Shown here: piece by piece, positions 30,559 to 40,129 of the stretch
Numbering within the stretch: the stretch's first letter is position 1
Layout of the letters: each line of letters starts with the position of its first letter
Origin: a virus
Length of the DNA stretch: 64,000 nt
Direction: 5' to 3' (one strand)
Virus record (IMG/VR): IMGVR_UViG_3300042317_000390
Span: 96,001-160,000 of that record
Program-made: the position numbers and the translations under genes
Notes under the pieces: model-generated
The model's database searches: none
The model's input: only the letters and a program-made list of their open reading frames with translations
Told to the model about the DNA's origin: nothing

Positions 30559-32358
30559 ATGGCAGAGTTTTTCGGTTTCGAATTCAGAAAAAAGAAGCAG
30601 GACGTAGAGTTACCATCATTTGCTCCACCAAAGGACTCAGATGATGGGGCTGTTGTCGTTTCTGCTGGTGGTGCTTTTGGTACATACGTAGACTTAGATG
30701 GCACAGTAAGATCTGAAGCAGAATTAGTTACAAAGTATAGAGAAATGTCTCTTCAGCCTGAGTGTGACTCAGCAGTTGATGAGATTGTAAACGAATCAAT
30801 CGCTATCGATGAAGATAAAGTCGTAGAAATTAATCTTGAAGATGTTAAGATTAACGATAACATTAAGAAGATTATTCGTGAAGAGTTTGATAATTGTTTA
30901 AAGATTCTAGAATTTAATCGTTTTGCTTATGAGATTTATCGTCGTTGGTATATTGATGGTCGTTTATACTATCATGTAGTAATTGACGAGAGAGCGCCAC
31001 AAGAAGGCATCAAAGAACTTAGATATATCGATCCTCGCAAGATACGTAAGGTCAGAGAAGTTCAGAAGAAAAAAGTTCAAGCTAATAACCCAGGCGATGC
31101 AGTAGTAACAAAAACTGTTAACGAATATTTTATTTTTAATGATAAGGGATTTAATTTTGGCAATAAGGCAGTTGGACCATCAACCACCGGTCTAAAGATT
31201 GCTAAGGACTCTATTCTTCATGTTGTTTCTGGTCTAACGGACAACCAAGGAACGATGGTTCTTTCATATCTTCATAAAGCGATAAAACCACTAAACCAGT
31301 TGCGCACACTGGAAGATGCCTTGGTAATTTATCGTCTTGCTCGTGCGCCCGAACGCCGTATTTGGTACATTGACGTTGGTAATCTACCTAAGATGAAGGC
31401 AGAACAATACGTCCGTGACATTATGGTTAAGCATAAGAACAGATTAATATATGACGCCCAGACAGGCGACATTAGAGACGACCGTAAATTCATGACGATG
31501 CTTGAAGACTATTGGCTTCCTCGTCGTGAAGGTGGTAGAGGTACGGAGGTTACTACCCTACCAGGCGGTCAGACACTAGGACAGATGGATGACGTTCTTT
31601 ACTTCCAGAAGAAGTTTTTGAACGCTCTAAACGTCCCAGTGTCACGACTTAATTCAGATGCTCTATTCTCACTAGGTAGAGCAACAGAAATTACCAGAGA
31701 CGAATTGAAGTTCGTTAGATTCATTACAAGACTAAGAAATAGATTTTCTCAGTTATTCTTAAAGATGCTAGAGAAGCAACTAGTTCTAAAGGGTGTCACG
31801 ACTCTTGATGACTGGAAAATATTCTCTAATGACATCAAGTTCGATTACGAAAAAGATAATTACTTCACCGAACTTAAAGATGCAGAAATTGCTCAGGGTC
31901 GTATTCAGCTTGCCGATGCGTTCCAGAATATTGCGGGTAAGTATTATTCACACACTTGGATTCGTAAGAATATCCTACATCAATCAGATGAAGATATTGA
32001 AGTACAAGATGCTCTAATTAATTCAGAGAATCAGTCTCAAGATCCAAGATGGATTAACCCAGTTATTGAACAGAATCTCCAGATGGTTCAGCAGATAGAT
32101 GCTATGAATCAACAACAAGATTTAATGCCAGGAACTGAAGGCTCTATGGGTAGAGACGAAGAATTAGTTAAAAAGATGGAGCAGGTTCGTAACGCTCAGA
32201 TCATCGTTAAGCAGATGAAGCAGCTTGGTAAACCTAATAGAACTCCAAAGGATGAAGAAAAGTACAAGGCAGCAATTCAGGTATTAGCTAAGAATAAAGA
32301 CCTAGCTACCAGAGTTACAGGAACAGCCGGTACACAACCAGAACAACAGCAAGGATAA
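30559..32358 (+). CDS. gp20: portal vertex protein
   Basis: RWYIDGRLYYH; YRLARAPERR..YIDVGNLPK.KAEQY; EDYWLPRREGGRGTE.TTLPGG. Confidence 0.96.
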   Translation: MAEFFGFEFRKKKQDVELPSFAPPKDSDDGAVVVSAGGAFGTYVDLDGTVRSEAELVTKYREMSLQPECDSAVDEIVNESIAIDEDKVVEINLEDVKINDNIKKIIREEFDNCLKILEFNRFAYEIYRRWYIDGRLYYHVVIDERAPQEGIKELRYIDPRKIRKVREVQKKKVQANNPGDAVVTKTVNEYFIFNDKGFNFGNKAVGPSTTGLKIAKDSILHVVSGLTDNQGTMVLSYLHKAIKPLNQLRTLEDALVIYRLARAPERRIWYIDVGNLPKMKAEQYVRDIMVKHKNRLIYDAQTGDIRDDRKFMTMLEDYWLPRREGGRGTEVTTLPGGQTLGQMDDVLYFQKKFLNALNVPVSRLNSDALFSLGRATEITRDELKFVRFITRLRNRFSQLFLKMLEKQLVLKGVTTLDDWKIFSNDIKFDYEKDNYFTELKDAEIAQGRIQLADAFQNIAGKYYSHTWIRKNILHQSDEDIEVQDALINSENQSQDPRWINPVIEQNLQMVQQIDAMNQQQDLMPGTEGSMGRDEELVKKMEQVRNAQIIVKQMKQLGKPNRTPKDEEKYKAAIQVLAKNKDLATRVTGTAGTQPEQQQG

Positions 32359-32364
32359 TATATC

Positions 32365-32598
32365 ATGACTGATAAATATACTTTAGATGATTTACTTATT
32401 TCAGCCGCTGAGCAGAAACCAGTTGAGTTTGAAGCAGCTTTTAATGATCTCGTAGTTGATAGAATTAGAGATAGAGTTGAAGCTCGTAAAGTTGAAATCG
32501 CTCAACAGTTATACAATTATGAGCCAGAACAAGAGCCAGAAGCTGAGCAAGAACCAGAATACGAAGAAGATTCTTTAGAAACATCAGAGGAAGAATAG
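32365..32598 (+). CDS. prohead core protein (gp67-like position)
   Basis: Small acidic protein directly after portal; assigned by synteny. Confidence 0.55.
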   Translation: MTDKYTLDDLLISAAEQKPVEFEAAFNDLVVDRIRDRVEARKVEIAQQLYNYEPEQEPEAEQEPEYEEDSLETSEEE

Positions 32599-32599
32599 A

Positions 32600-33595
32600 A
32601 TGGCAAAGAAGCCTTTAAAAGACGTTTTAGCTGGTGTTAAATCCAGCAAGGTCGTTAAGCTAAACCATAAGGATATGTACCAATGGAACTCTCCTGATGG
32701 TCTAAAGTTTATTGACGATAAGCATCCAGTAGAGAAGCACGAAGATCGTGTTGGTAATGGCGACGATGTTTATACTGGTTCAACGAAGCCAGCTAAGTAT
32801 CCACGTCAGGAAGCAAGCGTTTACGAAGAGACAGACTCAAATATAACCAACCAGAAGCTAGGTGCTGGTGAAAAAAAGACTGCAATTATGTCATTCTCTG
32901 AATCCTGTGGTTGTAACAATACTAAAGAAGGTATGCAGTGTGAAGTTCATGGTATGGACGAATGCCCAGGTTACACCGACAAAAAAGATCGCAAGTTACT
33001 TGTCGATAAAAAGACCAACGAAGGAATCGAGATTGGCAAGGCTCTAAGAGTCGGTAATCAGTTTACAGATTCTCATCTTATGAAAAATAAGAAGGATTCA
33101 AGAAGTTTAGGCAAACCAGCTGGTCTTCTTGATAGAACAAACAAGACAATCGGTAAGTTAAAAGGATCAACTTTCTTAGTAAAGAAGATGACTGAAGATG
33201 AACAACTAGATGAATTGTCTGGAAGAATTTTAGCTGCATATGTTAAAAAGGCAGCTAGTGAAGTTCAGAAACTAAAGAATATCAAAGATCCAATGAATAG
33301 AAAAGCTTCTGATATGGTTAATATAGATAAGAGAGAAGCTGGTATTGAAAAAGCAAAAAACAAGTTAGACGAAGTTGCTCCTTCAGATCCAAAGATTGAA
33401 GATTGGATCAAGTCAAATAAAGAGCGTTTCGTTAAGGAATATGGTAAAGAAAAAGGCATGAAAATTCTTTACGCCAAAGCTTGGAAGATGCACGGACGTT
33501 CTGAGTCTGGTAATTCTCCAGCTACTCTTACAGATTACACTGGACCGGGAGCAGCCGGTTGGTCAACGGGCAGACTTGATACAGGGACACTCTAA
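32600..33595 (+). CDS. putative internal head/prohead core protein
   Basis: Charged 331-aa protein between gp20 and gp21; QLDELS...L..YVKKA and KLDE motifs; F.K.YG.....I.YA.AWK. Confidence 0.55.
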   Translation: MAKKPLKDVLAGVKSSKVVKLNHKDMYQWNSPDGLKFIDDKHPVEKHEDRVGNGDDVYTGSTKPAKYPRQEASVYEETDSNITNQKLGAGEKKTAIMSFSESCGCNNTKEGMQCEVHGMDECPGYTDKKDRKLLVDKKTNEGIEIGKALRVGNQFTDSHLMKNKKDSRSLGKPAGLLDRTNKTIGKLKGSTFLVKKMTEDEQLDELSGRILAAYVKKAASEVQKLKNIKDPMNRKASDMVNIDKREAGIEKAKNKLDEVAPSDPKIEDWIKSNKERFVKEYGKEKGMKILYAKAWKMHGRSESGNSPATLTDYTGPGAAGWSTGRLDTGTL

Positions 33596-33843
33596 TGATA
33601 TTCAAATTACTAGGAAACGAAATCGATATTAATAGCACAGCAAACGATGTTTACACAAGCGTTCTTGTTCGTGTTGTTAATAGAGGAACTGCTAATACAA
33701 TTCTAATTCAAAAATATTCTAACGGTGTTCAATTCGCATCAACTACCGTATTGGGTAATAGTGAGATTGTTATTCAAAAAAGCGGTTCTGATATTATCAT
33801 AGGCGCTAATATGGTAGCAACTCCTATAGCTTACAAGTATTAA
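33595..33843 (+). CDS. hypothetical protein in head module
   Basis: 82 aa, TAATG coupled. Confidence 0.6.
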   Translation: MIFKLLGNEIDINSTANDVYTSVLVRVVNRGTANTILIQKYSNGVQFASTTVLGNSEIVIQKSGSDIIIGANMVATPIAYKY

Positions 33844-33852
33844 GGGAAAGAA

Positions 33853-34530
33853 ATGAAACTCATTACCGAATTATTTGAAGATGTAGAATATCTTTCAGAA
33901 GCAAAAGAAAGCGGAGAGAAAGAGCATTATATTCACGGCATCTTCTTACAGAGTAATATCAAGAATCGTAACGGTAGAATTTATCCAGAGCAAGTCATGG
34001 ATAAAGAAGTTGCTCGTTACATCAAGGAAGTTGTTGATGCAAAGCGTGCCTATGGTGAGCTAGGACATCCAGCTGGTCCACAGATCAATCTTGATAGAGT
34101 TTCACATATCATCACTGAATTAAAGAAAGATGGACCAAATTATATCGGTAAGGCAAAGCTAACTGATACTCCAATGGGTAACATCGCTAAAGGTCTATTA
34201 AAGTCTGGTGCTAAGCTAGGCGTTTCTTCTCGTGGTATGGGTTCATTAAAGCCCATGAAAGAAGGCGTTATGGAAGTTCAGCCAGATTACAAGATTGCAA
34301 CGGCAGCTGATATCGTTGCAGATCCTTCCGCTCCAAGTGCGTTCGTTGAAGGTATTATGGAAGGAGTAGAGTGGATCTATGATCCAGTTAAAGGAACTTG
34401 GCAAGAAGAGCAGCTTCATATTATTAAGCAAGAAGTTCATCAGATGTCAAAAGCTGAATTAGAAGAACAGAAGTTAGCTATTTTCGAGAATTATCTAACT
34501 TCATTAGCACTAAAATCCAAGTTATTATAA
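33853..34530 (+). CDS. gp21: prohead protease
   Basis: MKLITE; GIFLQ...KNRNGR.Y; GELGHP; LGVSSRG.GS; D.VADPSAP.AFV. Confidence 0.96.
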   Translation: MKLITELFEDVEYLSEAKESGEKEHYIHGIFLQSNIKNRNGRIYPEQVMDKEVARYIKEVVDAKRAYGELGHPAGPQINLDRVSHIITELKKDGPNYIGKAKLTDTPMGNIAKGLLKSGAKLGVSSRGMGSLKPMKEGVMEVQPDYKIATAADIVADPSAPSAFVEGIMEGVEWIYDPVKGTWQEEQLHIIKQEVHQMSKAELEEQKLAIFENYLTSLALKSKLL

Positions 34531-34533
34531 ATA
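34526..34533 (+). promoter_or_regulatory. late promoter TATAAATA
   Basis: Overlaps gp21 stop, upstream of gp22. Confidence 0.85.
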
Positions 34534-34563
34534 AATTAAAATTCACAATAGGAGACTATTTCA

Positions 34564-35754
34564 ATGGCTAATAACGAACACGACCTTGAAGACGTTGCTA
34601 ACCTAGACGAAGCCAAGAAAAAGGCTTGGGAAGGTAAGCACGAGGAAGAGGAAGAAGAAAAGGAAGATGAAGATTCTTCCAAGAAGTCTGTAAAAGGCAA
34701 GAAGAAAAAGGAAGAGGAAGAAGAAGAGTGTGGAAAGAAGATGGACGAGGAAACTCTCGCTGCTTCTTCACTACATCCAGCTGCTCGTTCCGTTGCCGAC
34801 GACAAGGCTCTAGCCGCATCAAAGATTGGTATGATGCAGCATATGATGGGCGTTATGGGCGCAATGAGCAAGCAGGATCTAACACATTGGTTCAATGCTA
34901 CTATGGCTCAGTTTGGTCCAGGTAAGGATTGGGGCGTTGGTGATAACTCCGCTCATAATCAAGCTACAATCGACTCCAAGCTCGGCGCTGGCCCAAAGAC
35001 CGCTTATCCAATGCCACATCTAAGCGTCAAGGAAGACGTTGAGGCAATGTTTGATGGTCAGGATCTTTCAGAAGAGACAAAGGAAAAGGTTTCAACTCTA
35101 TTTGAAGCCGCCGTCGCCGCAAGAATCATTGCTGAGCAGACACGTCTTGAAGAAGAGTTTGAAGCTAAGTTAGCAGAGGAAGTTGCTACTATCGGTGAAG
35201 AGCTAACGTCAAAGCTCAACACATATCTCGACTACGTTGTTGAAAATTGGATGACAGAGAACGAAGTAGCTATCGAATCAACCCTACGCAATGAACTCGC
35301 TGAAGAGTTTATTGAAGGATTGAAGAACCTATTCGCTGAGCATTATATCAATGTTCCAGAGGATAAGGTTGATGTTCTCGAAGCAATGGCTGATAAGGTC
35401 GCTGCTCTTGAGACAAAACTTGACGAATCAATTTCTGAAAACGCAGAGTTAAAAGGTTTCATTCTAGAAGCTAAAGCAAATGAGATTTTTGAAGAAGTAT
35501 CTTCTGATCTTGCACTAACTCAGAAAGATAAGTTTTCTGCTCTAGCAGAAGGAATTGAGTTCGACGGTGATCTTGACACATATACTAAGAAGCTAATGAT
35601 TGTTAAAGAGAACTATTTTAAGAATGAAACAACTTCATATTCTTCAAACATTGAAGAAGAAACATTTGAAGGTGAAGTCGCATCAACAGTTGGCGTTGAC
35701 CCAGTCGTTAACCGCTACGTTGCTGCACTTTCCAGAACAGTTAAGAATACCTAA
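34564..35754 (+). CDS. gp22: prohead core scaffolding protein
   Basis: LSEE.KEK..TLFEAAV; YLDYVVE.W..ENE.AIE; F.EG.K.LF.EHY..VP. Confidence 0.93.
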   Translation: MANNEHDLEDVANLDEAKKKAWEGKHEEEEEEKEDEDSSKKSVKGKKKKEEEEEECGKKMDEETLAASSLHPAARSVADDKALAASKIGMMQHMMGVMGAMSKQDLTHWFNATMAQFGPGKDWGVGDNSAHNQATIDSKLGAGPKTAYPMPHLSVKEDVEAMFDGQDLSEETKEKVSTLFEAAVAARIIAEQTRLEEEFEAKLAEEVATIGEELTSKLNTYLDYVVENWMTENEVAIESTLRNELAEEFIEGLKNLFAEHYINVPEDKVDVLEAMADKVAALETKLDESISENAELKGFILEAKANEIFEEVSSDLALTQKDKFSALAEGIEFDGDLDTYTKKLMIVKENYFKNETTSYSSNIEEETFEGEVASTVGVDPVVNRYVAALSRTVKNT

Positions 35755-35756
35755 TA

Positions 35757-35764
35757 TATAAATA
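35757..35764 (+). promoter_or_regulatory. late promoter TATAAATA
   Basis: Intergenic, upstream of the major capsid gene. Confidence 0.88.
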
Positions 35765-35798
35765 AAAATAAGCTTATTTTCTAAGAAAGGAAAAATAA

Positions 35799-37187
35799 AT
35801 GTATCTAGCTGAGGAAATTCAAAACAAGTGGGCACCAGTCCTCGACCACGACGCTCTTGGTAAGATTAAGGACCAGCATCGTCGTTCAGTCACAGCAGTT
35901 ATGCTTGAGAACACAGAGAAGGCTCTCCGTGAAGCAGCTGCTCATGGTGACTTCCAGACACTAACAGAGACATCTTCTCTAGTTCCTGCTAACCTAATGG
36001 GTGGTTCTTCATCCACACAGGGTACAGGTGGTATCGATACATTCGATCCAGTTCTAATTTCTCTAGTTCGTCGCGCAATGCCAAACCTCATTGCTTACGA
36101 CATCTGCGGCGTTCAGCCAATGACAGGTCCAACAGGACTTATCTTTGCTATGCGCTCACGTTATACAAATACCTCAACCTACAACTGGTCAAACTCCAGC
36201 GGTGGTCCAGAGACATTCTATAACGAAGTCAACACTGCATTCTCAACAGTTCCAAATGCTGACGCCAACGTTGCATTCGGTGGTTTCAAGGGTACAATCC
36301 CAGGTGCCACAAATACAACACCACTAACAGCTACAAATACCTATAACACTGCTACAGGTATGTCAACAGCTCAGGCTGAAGCTCTTGGTACAGACTCAAA
36401 TACTGCATTCCCACAGATGGCTTTCTCAATCGAGAAGGTTACTGTTACTGCAGTATCACGCGCCCTCAAGGCAGAGTACACCATGGAACTCGCTCAGGAT
36501 CTCAAGGCTATTCACGGTCTTGACGCTGAGACAGAGCTATCCAACATTCTCTCCGCTGAGATCCTAGCCGAAATCAACCGTGAAGTTGTACGTACAGTCA
36601 ACATCACAGCTGAGCCAGGCGCTCAGGAGAATGTCACGACAGCTGGCGTCTTCGATCTTGACACCGACTCAAACGGTCGTTGGTCAGTTGAGAAGTTCAA
36701 GGGACTAATGTTCCAGCTAGAGCGTGAAGCCAACCAGATCGCCAAGCAGACTCGTAGAGGCAAGGGTAACATCGTTATCTGTTCTTCAGACGTTGCTTCT
36801 GCTCTACAGATGGCCGGTGTTCTAGATTACGCTCCAGCCCTTAACTCAAACAACCTACAGGTTGACGATACAGGCAACACCTTCGCTGGTGTTCTAAATG
36901 GTCGCCTAAAGGTTTATATCGATCCATACGCTCTAGGTGGTAACTATCTAACAGTAGGTTATAAGGGTTCAAGCGCATTCGATGCTGGCCTCTTCTACTG
37001 CCCATACGTTCCACTACAGATGGTTCGCGCAGTCGATCAGTCAAGCTTCCAGCCAAAGATCGGCTTCAAGACTCGTTATGGCATTGTTGCTAACCCATTC
37101 GCTCAGGGTCTAACCCAGGGTCTTGGTGGTCGCACAATCAGCACTAACAAGTATTATCGCCGCATCATCGTTAACAACCTTATGTAA
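35799..37187 (+). CDS. gp23: major capsid protein
   Basis: LVRRAMPNLIAYDICGVQPMTGPTGLIFAMR; SRALKAEYT.ELAQDLKAIHGLDAE; FYCPYVPL; FQPKIGFKTRYG. Confidence 0.98.
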   Translation: MYLAEEIQNKWAPVLDHDALGKIKDQHRRSVTAVMLENTEKALREAAAHGDFQTLTETSSLVPANLMGGSSSTQGTGGIDTFDPVLISLVRRAMPNLIAYDICGVQPMTGPTGLIFAMRSRYTNTSTYNWSNSSGGPETFYNEVNTAFSTVPNADANVAFGGFKGTIPGATNTTPLTATNTYNTATGMSTAQAEALGTDSNTAFPQMAFSIEKVTVTAVSRALKAEYTMELAQDLKAIHGLDAETELSNILSAEILAEINREVVRTVNITAEPGAQENVTTAGVFDLDTDSNGRWSVEKFKGLMFQLEREANQIAKQTRRGKGNIVICSSDVASALQMAGVLDYAPALNSNNLQVDDTGNTFAGVLNGRLKVYIDPYALGGNYLTVGYKGSSAFDAGLFYCPYVPLQMVRAVDQSSFQPKIGFKTRYGIVANPFAQGLTQGLGGRTISTNKYYRRIIVNNLM

Positions 37188-37228
37188 GAGTTGCTAAGTA
37201 GACCCCGTAAACAAGGGGGCGAGAAACT

Positions 37229-37253
37229 GGGGGGCGTTTGCCCCCCTTTTTTT
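37229..37253 (+). terminator. rho-independent terminator after gp23
   Basis: GGGGGC-GTTT-GCCCCC followed by T8. Confidence 0.88.
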
Positions 37254-37563
37254 ATCTATGATTCAATGGAACAAAATCTCTTTTTAATCTAGTTTTTAAT
37301 CTATGGCAATTAGCGCATAGAGTTTTCAAATTTTCTATATTATTATTCTTTTTATCACCATCCATATGATCAACGTCTAATTGACATGGGTGTATAGGTA
37401 CAAATCCACATTCCTCACAAACCATCTTTTTATGAATGGTGTATGGTTTCCTTTTATTTTTTTCTCTGTAATTTTGTTTGCATCTCCTAGAACAAAATTT
37501 CTTATCCAATCGTCCAGATATTTCTACCTGACAATGCAAACATTTTCTGGGATAAATACTCAT
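37252..37563 (-). mobile_element. small HNH endonuclease with N-terminal Zn-finger
   Basis: CLHC...KKFCSRRCK; CEECG...LDVDHMDG...NN..ENL.TLCANCH HNH signature; AGGAGG RBS on the minus strand. Confidence 0.85.
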
Positions 37564-37621
37564 GCTGAACCTCCTAACAGGTTTAGAATCCGTGGGAGTT
37601 GGCGCTCCGTGACGGATATAT

Positions 37622-37643
37622 TCTAATATTTATAAATATTAGA
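37622..37643. promoter_or_regulatory. 22-bp palindrome holding two divergent late promoters
   Basis: TCTAATATTTATAAATATTAGA: TATAAATA on + (37631-37638, toward gp3) and on - (37627-37634, toward HNH). Confidence 0.75.
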
Positions 37644-37662
37644 TGTTTAATTAGGAGTTAAT

Positions 37663-38184
37663 ATGACAGCCATAGATAACACACCATCTAATAAGAACTT
37701 TCTTAGTCCACTTAACTTTAAGTTCACGATTAAGAAAGCGCCTCATGTTAATTTCTTCATCCAAAAAGTTAATATTCCTATGATATCGTTAAGACAAGTG
37801 GATATTCCTAGCCCACTAGTCAGAATGCCTATTCCCGGTGATCACATTGATTACACTAATCTCAATGTATCCTTTAAGGTAGATGAAGACCTACAGAACT
37901 ATCTTGAGATTCATAATTGGATTAAGTCTCTTGGTAAACCAGAAGACTCAGATCAATACTATCAAATACAACAAAAAGATAGCTGGACTGGTGAAGGTAT
38001 CTATTCAGATATTTCAGTTATGGTTCTTTCCAGCACTAAGATGGCTAATTATGAAATAGTATACACAGACGCCCACCCCGTATCATTATCTGGATTAAAC
38101 TTCACTACAACAGATACTGATGTCAATTACGTAGAAGCTACAGCTACATTTAAATATACACTTTACAATATCAATAAAGTATAG
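37663..38184 (+). CDS. gp3: tail tube terminator/completion protein
   Basis: NFLSP..FKF.I...P...FF.Q.VNIP; F.VDEDL.NY.EIHNWI; P.SLS.L.F. Confidence 0.9.
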   Translation: MTAIDNTPSNKNFLSPLNFKFTIKKAPHVNFFIQKVNIPMISLRQVDIPSPLVRMPIPGDHIDYTNLNVSFKVDEDLQNYLEIHNWIKSLGKPEDSDQYYQIQQKDSWTGEGIYSDISVMVLSSTKMANYEIVYTDAHPVSLSGLNFTTTDTDVNYVEATATFKYTLYNINKV

Positions 38185-38190
38185 TATAAT
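38162..38190 (+). promoter_or_regulatory. sigma70-type early promoter for uvsY
   Basis: TTTACA-N17-TATAAT, about 28 nt before the uvsY ATG. Confidence 0.7.
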
Positions 38191-38218
38191 ACTACATTAT
38201 TCATTAATGAGGTGACAT

Positions 38219-38656
38219 ATGAAACTAGAAGAAATTCTAGAACTGTGGGAAGCAGATTCCAAAGTTGATAAAACTGAATTAGGCGATGAAGCTTTAGTAA
38301 TTCCAAAACTACACCACAAATACTATAGAATATATACACAAGAGCGTCTTCTTCTCCGTAAACAAGAATCGGAAATGAAGCAGCTTAAGCTTGATAAATA
38401 TGAGTTCCTAACACAAGGACCAAATGAAGAAACCAAAGATAAGGGTTGGAGATTACCACCAAAGGGTATGGTATTAAAGAGTGATATTCCCATGTATCTA
38501 GAAGCTGATGTAGATATTGTGAACTTATCTTTAAAGATCGGAATACAGCAAGAAAAGATCGACTTACTGGACTCAATCATTAAAAGCATCATGAATAGAG
38601 GGTATCTAATCAAGTCCGCTATTGATTGGCAGAAGTTTATCATGGGATCTTCTTAA
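38219..38656 (+). CDS. uvsY: recombination mediator UvsY
   Basis: W..DS..D..EL..E...IPKLH.KY; YL.AD; NRGY.IK.AI.W.KF. Confidence 0.9.
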   Translation: MKLEEILELWEADSKVDKTELGDEALVIPKLHHKYYRIYTQERLLLRKQESEMKQLKLDKYEFLTQGPNEETKDKGWRLPPKGMVLKSDIPMYLEADVDIVNLSLKIGIQQEKIDLLDSIIKSIMNRGYLIKSAIDWQKFIMGSS

Positions 38657-40107
38657 TGGATCTAGTACAAGTAGAGAAATTCAACGAAGTATATGTAAAG
38701 GTTAAGTCTGAACCTGGCATCATGATGGAGCTAAGTGAGCATTTCACTTTTGAAGTTCCAGATGCTAAATTTATGCCTTCATACCGAAACAAATATTGGG
38801 ATGGCAAGATCAGACTCCTTAACCCTATGACTGGTCTTATCTACGCTGGACTAGTAAGATATATTGAAGATTTCTGTAAGTCAAGATCCTACAAACTAGA
38901 ATATCAATCAGATTTTTCCTGTGAAGAGTTTTCCTTTAAAGAAGCTAAAGAGTTCATTCTAAATATTAAACCTACAATGCAACCAAGAGATTATCAAATG
39001 GATGCATTCGTTCATGCTGTTAGGGAGAGAAGATCACTACTTCTTTCTCCCACAGCCTCTGGTAAGTCTTTTATAATTTATTTGCTCGTGAGGTATTATG
39101 CTCGTAAAACTCTTATCGTTGTACCAACTACTTCTTTGGTCAGTCAGTTGTCCTCTGATTTTGCTGACTACGGGTTTAATTCATCTAAGCTCGTTCATTG
39201 CATTTCTGGTGGTAAAGATAAACAATCAGACAAACCTATTACAATTTCCACCTGGCAGTCTATATTCAAACTTCCAAAATCTTATTTCGAACAATTTGAG
39301 GTAGTAATTGGCGATGAAGCTCACTTATTTCAAGCAAAATCACTCACTTCTATACTGGACAAGCTTACTGACTGTAAGTATCGGTTTGGTTTCACTGGAA
39401 CTCTTGATGGTTCAAATACCCATAAACTGGTTCTTGAAGGCTTGTTTGGTCCTGTCAGGAAAGTAATTACAACATCAGAACTAATTGAAAAGAAGCACCT
39501 AGCAGACTTTCAGATTAAAGCTATCGTCTTAACATATCCTGATGAAGTTAGACAAATGATAGCCCGTTTAGATTACCAAGCTGAGATGGATTTCCTAGTA
39601 AGATTAGAGGCAAGGAATAAATTCATTAAAAATTTGGCTTTATCTTTGGAAGGTAATACGCTATTATTATTCCAGTTTGTGGATAAACATGGTAAAGTAT
39701 TACAAGATATGGTTTCTAAAGAAGCAGGAAATAGGAAGGTATTCTTTGTTCACGGAAAAGTTGATGGTAATGATAGAGAAGAGATTAGAAGAATTGTTGA
39801 GAAGGAAACCAATGCTATCATTGTTGCTAGTTTTGGTACTTTTTCTACCGGTGTTAATATTAAGAATCTTCATAATGTTATTTTCGCTAGTCCTTCTAAG
39901 TCTAGGATTAGAAATCTCCAATCAATAGGTCGTGGATTGCGTAAATCAGATACTAAGACTTCTTCAACTCTATATGACATCTCTGATGACATGACATGGA
40001 AATCAAAGAAGAACTATACCTTGTTGCACTTTATCGAACGTATCAAGATTTACAATGAAGAGAAGTTCAAGTATAAATTGTATAAAGTTCACTTAGACAT
40101 TAAGTAG
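38656..40107 (+). CDS. uvsW: SF2 DNA helicase UvsW
   Basis: Start reassigned to ATG 38656 (TAATG overlap); WDGKIRL; SPTASGKS; GDEAH; GFTGTL; QSIGRGLR. Confidence 0.95.
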   Translation: MDLVQVEKFNEVYVKVKSEPGIMMELSEHFTFEVPDAKFMPSYRNKYWDGKIRLLNPMTGLIYAGLVRYIEDFCKSRSYKLEYQSDFSCEEFSFKEAKEFILNIKPTMQPRDYQMDAFVHAVRERRSLLLSPTASGKSFIIYLLVRYYARKTLIVVPTTSLVSQLSSDFADYGFNSSKLVHCISGGKDKQSDKPITISTWQSIFKLPKSYFEQFEVVIGDEAHLFQAKSLTSILDKLTDCKYRFGFTGTLDGSNTHKLVLEGLFGPVRKVITTSELIEKKHLADFQIKAIVLTYPDEVRQMIARLDYQAEMDFLVRLEARNKFIKNLALSLEGNTLLLFQFVDKHGKVLQDMVSKEAGNRKVFFVHGKVDGNDREEIRRIVEKETNAIIVASFGTFSTGVNIKNLHNVIFASPSKSRIRNLQSIGRGLRKSDTKTSSTLYDISDDMTWKSKKNYTLLHFIERIKIYNEEKFKYKLYKVHLDIK

Positions 40108-40129
40108 TTATTTCATTCACCACATAGTG

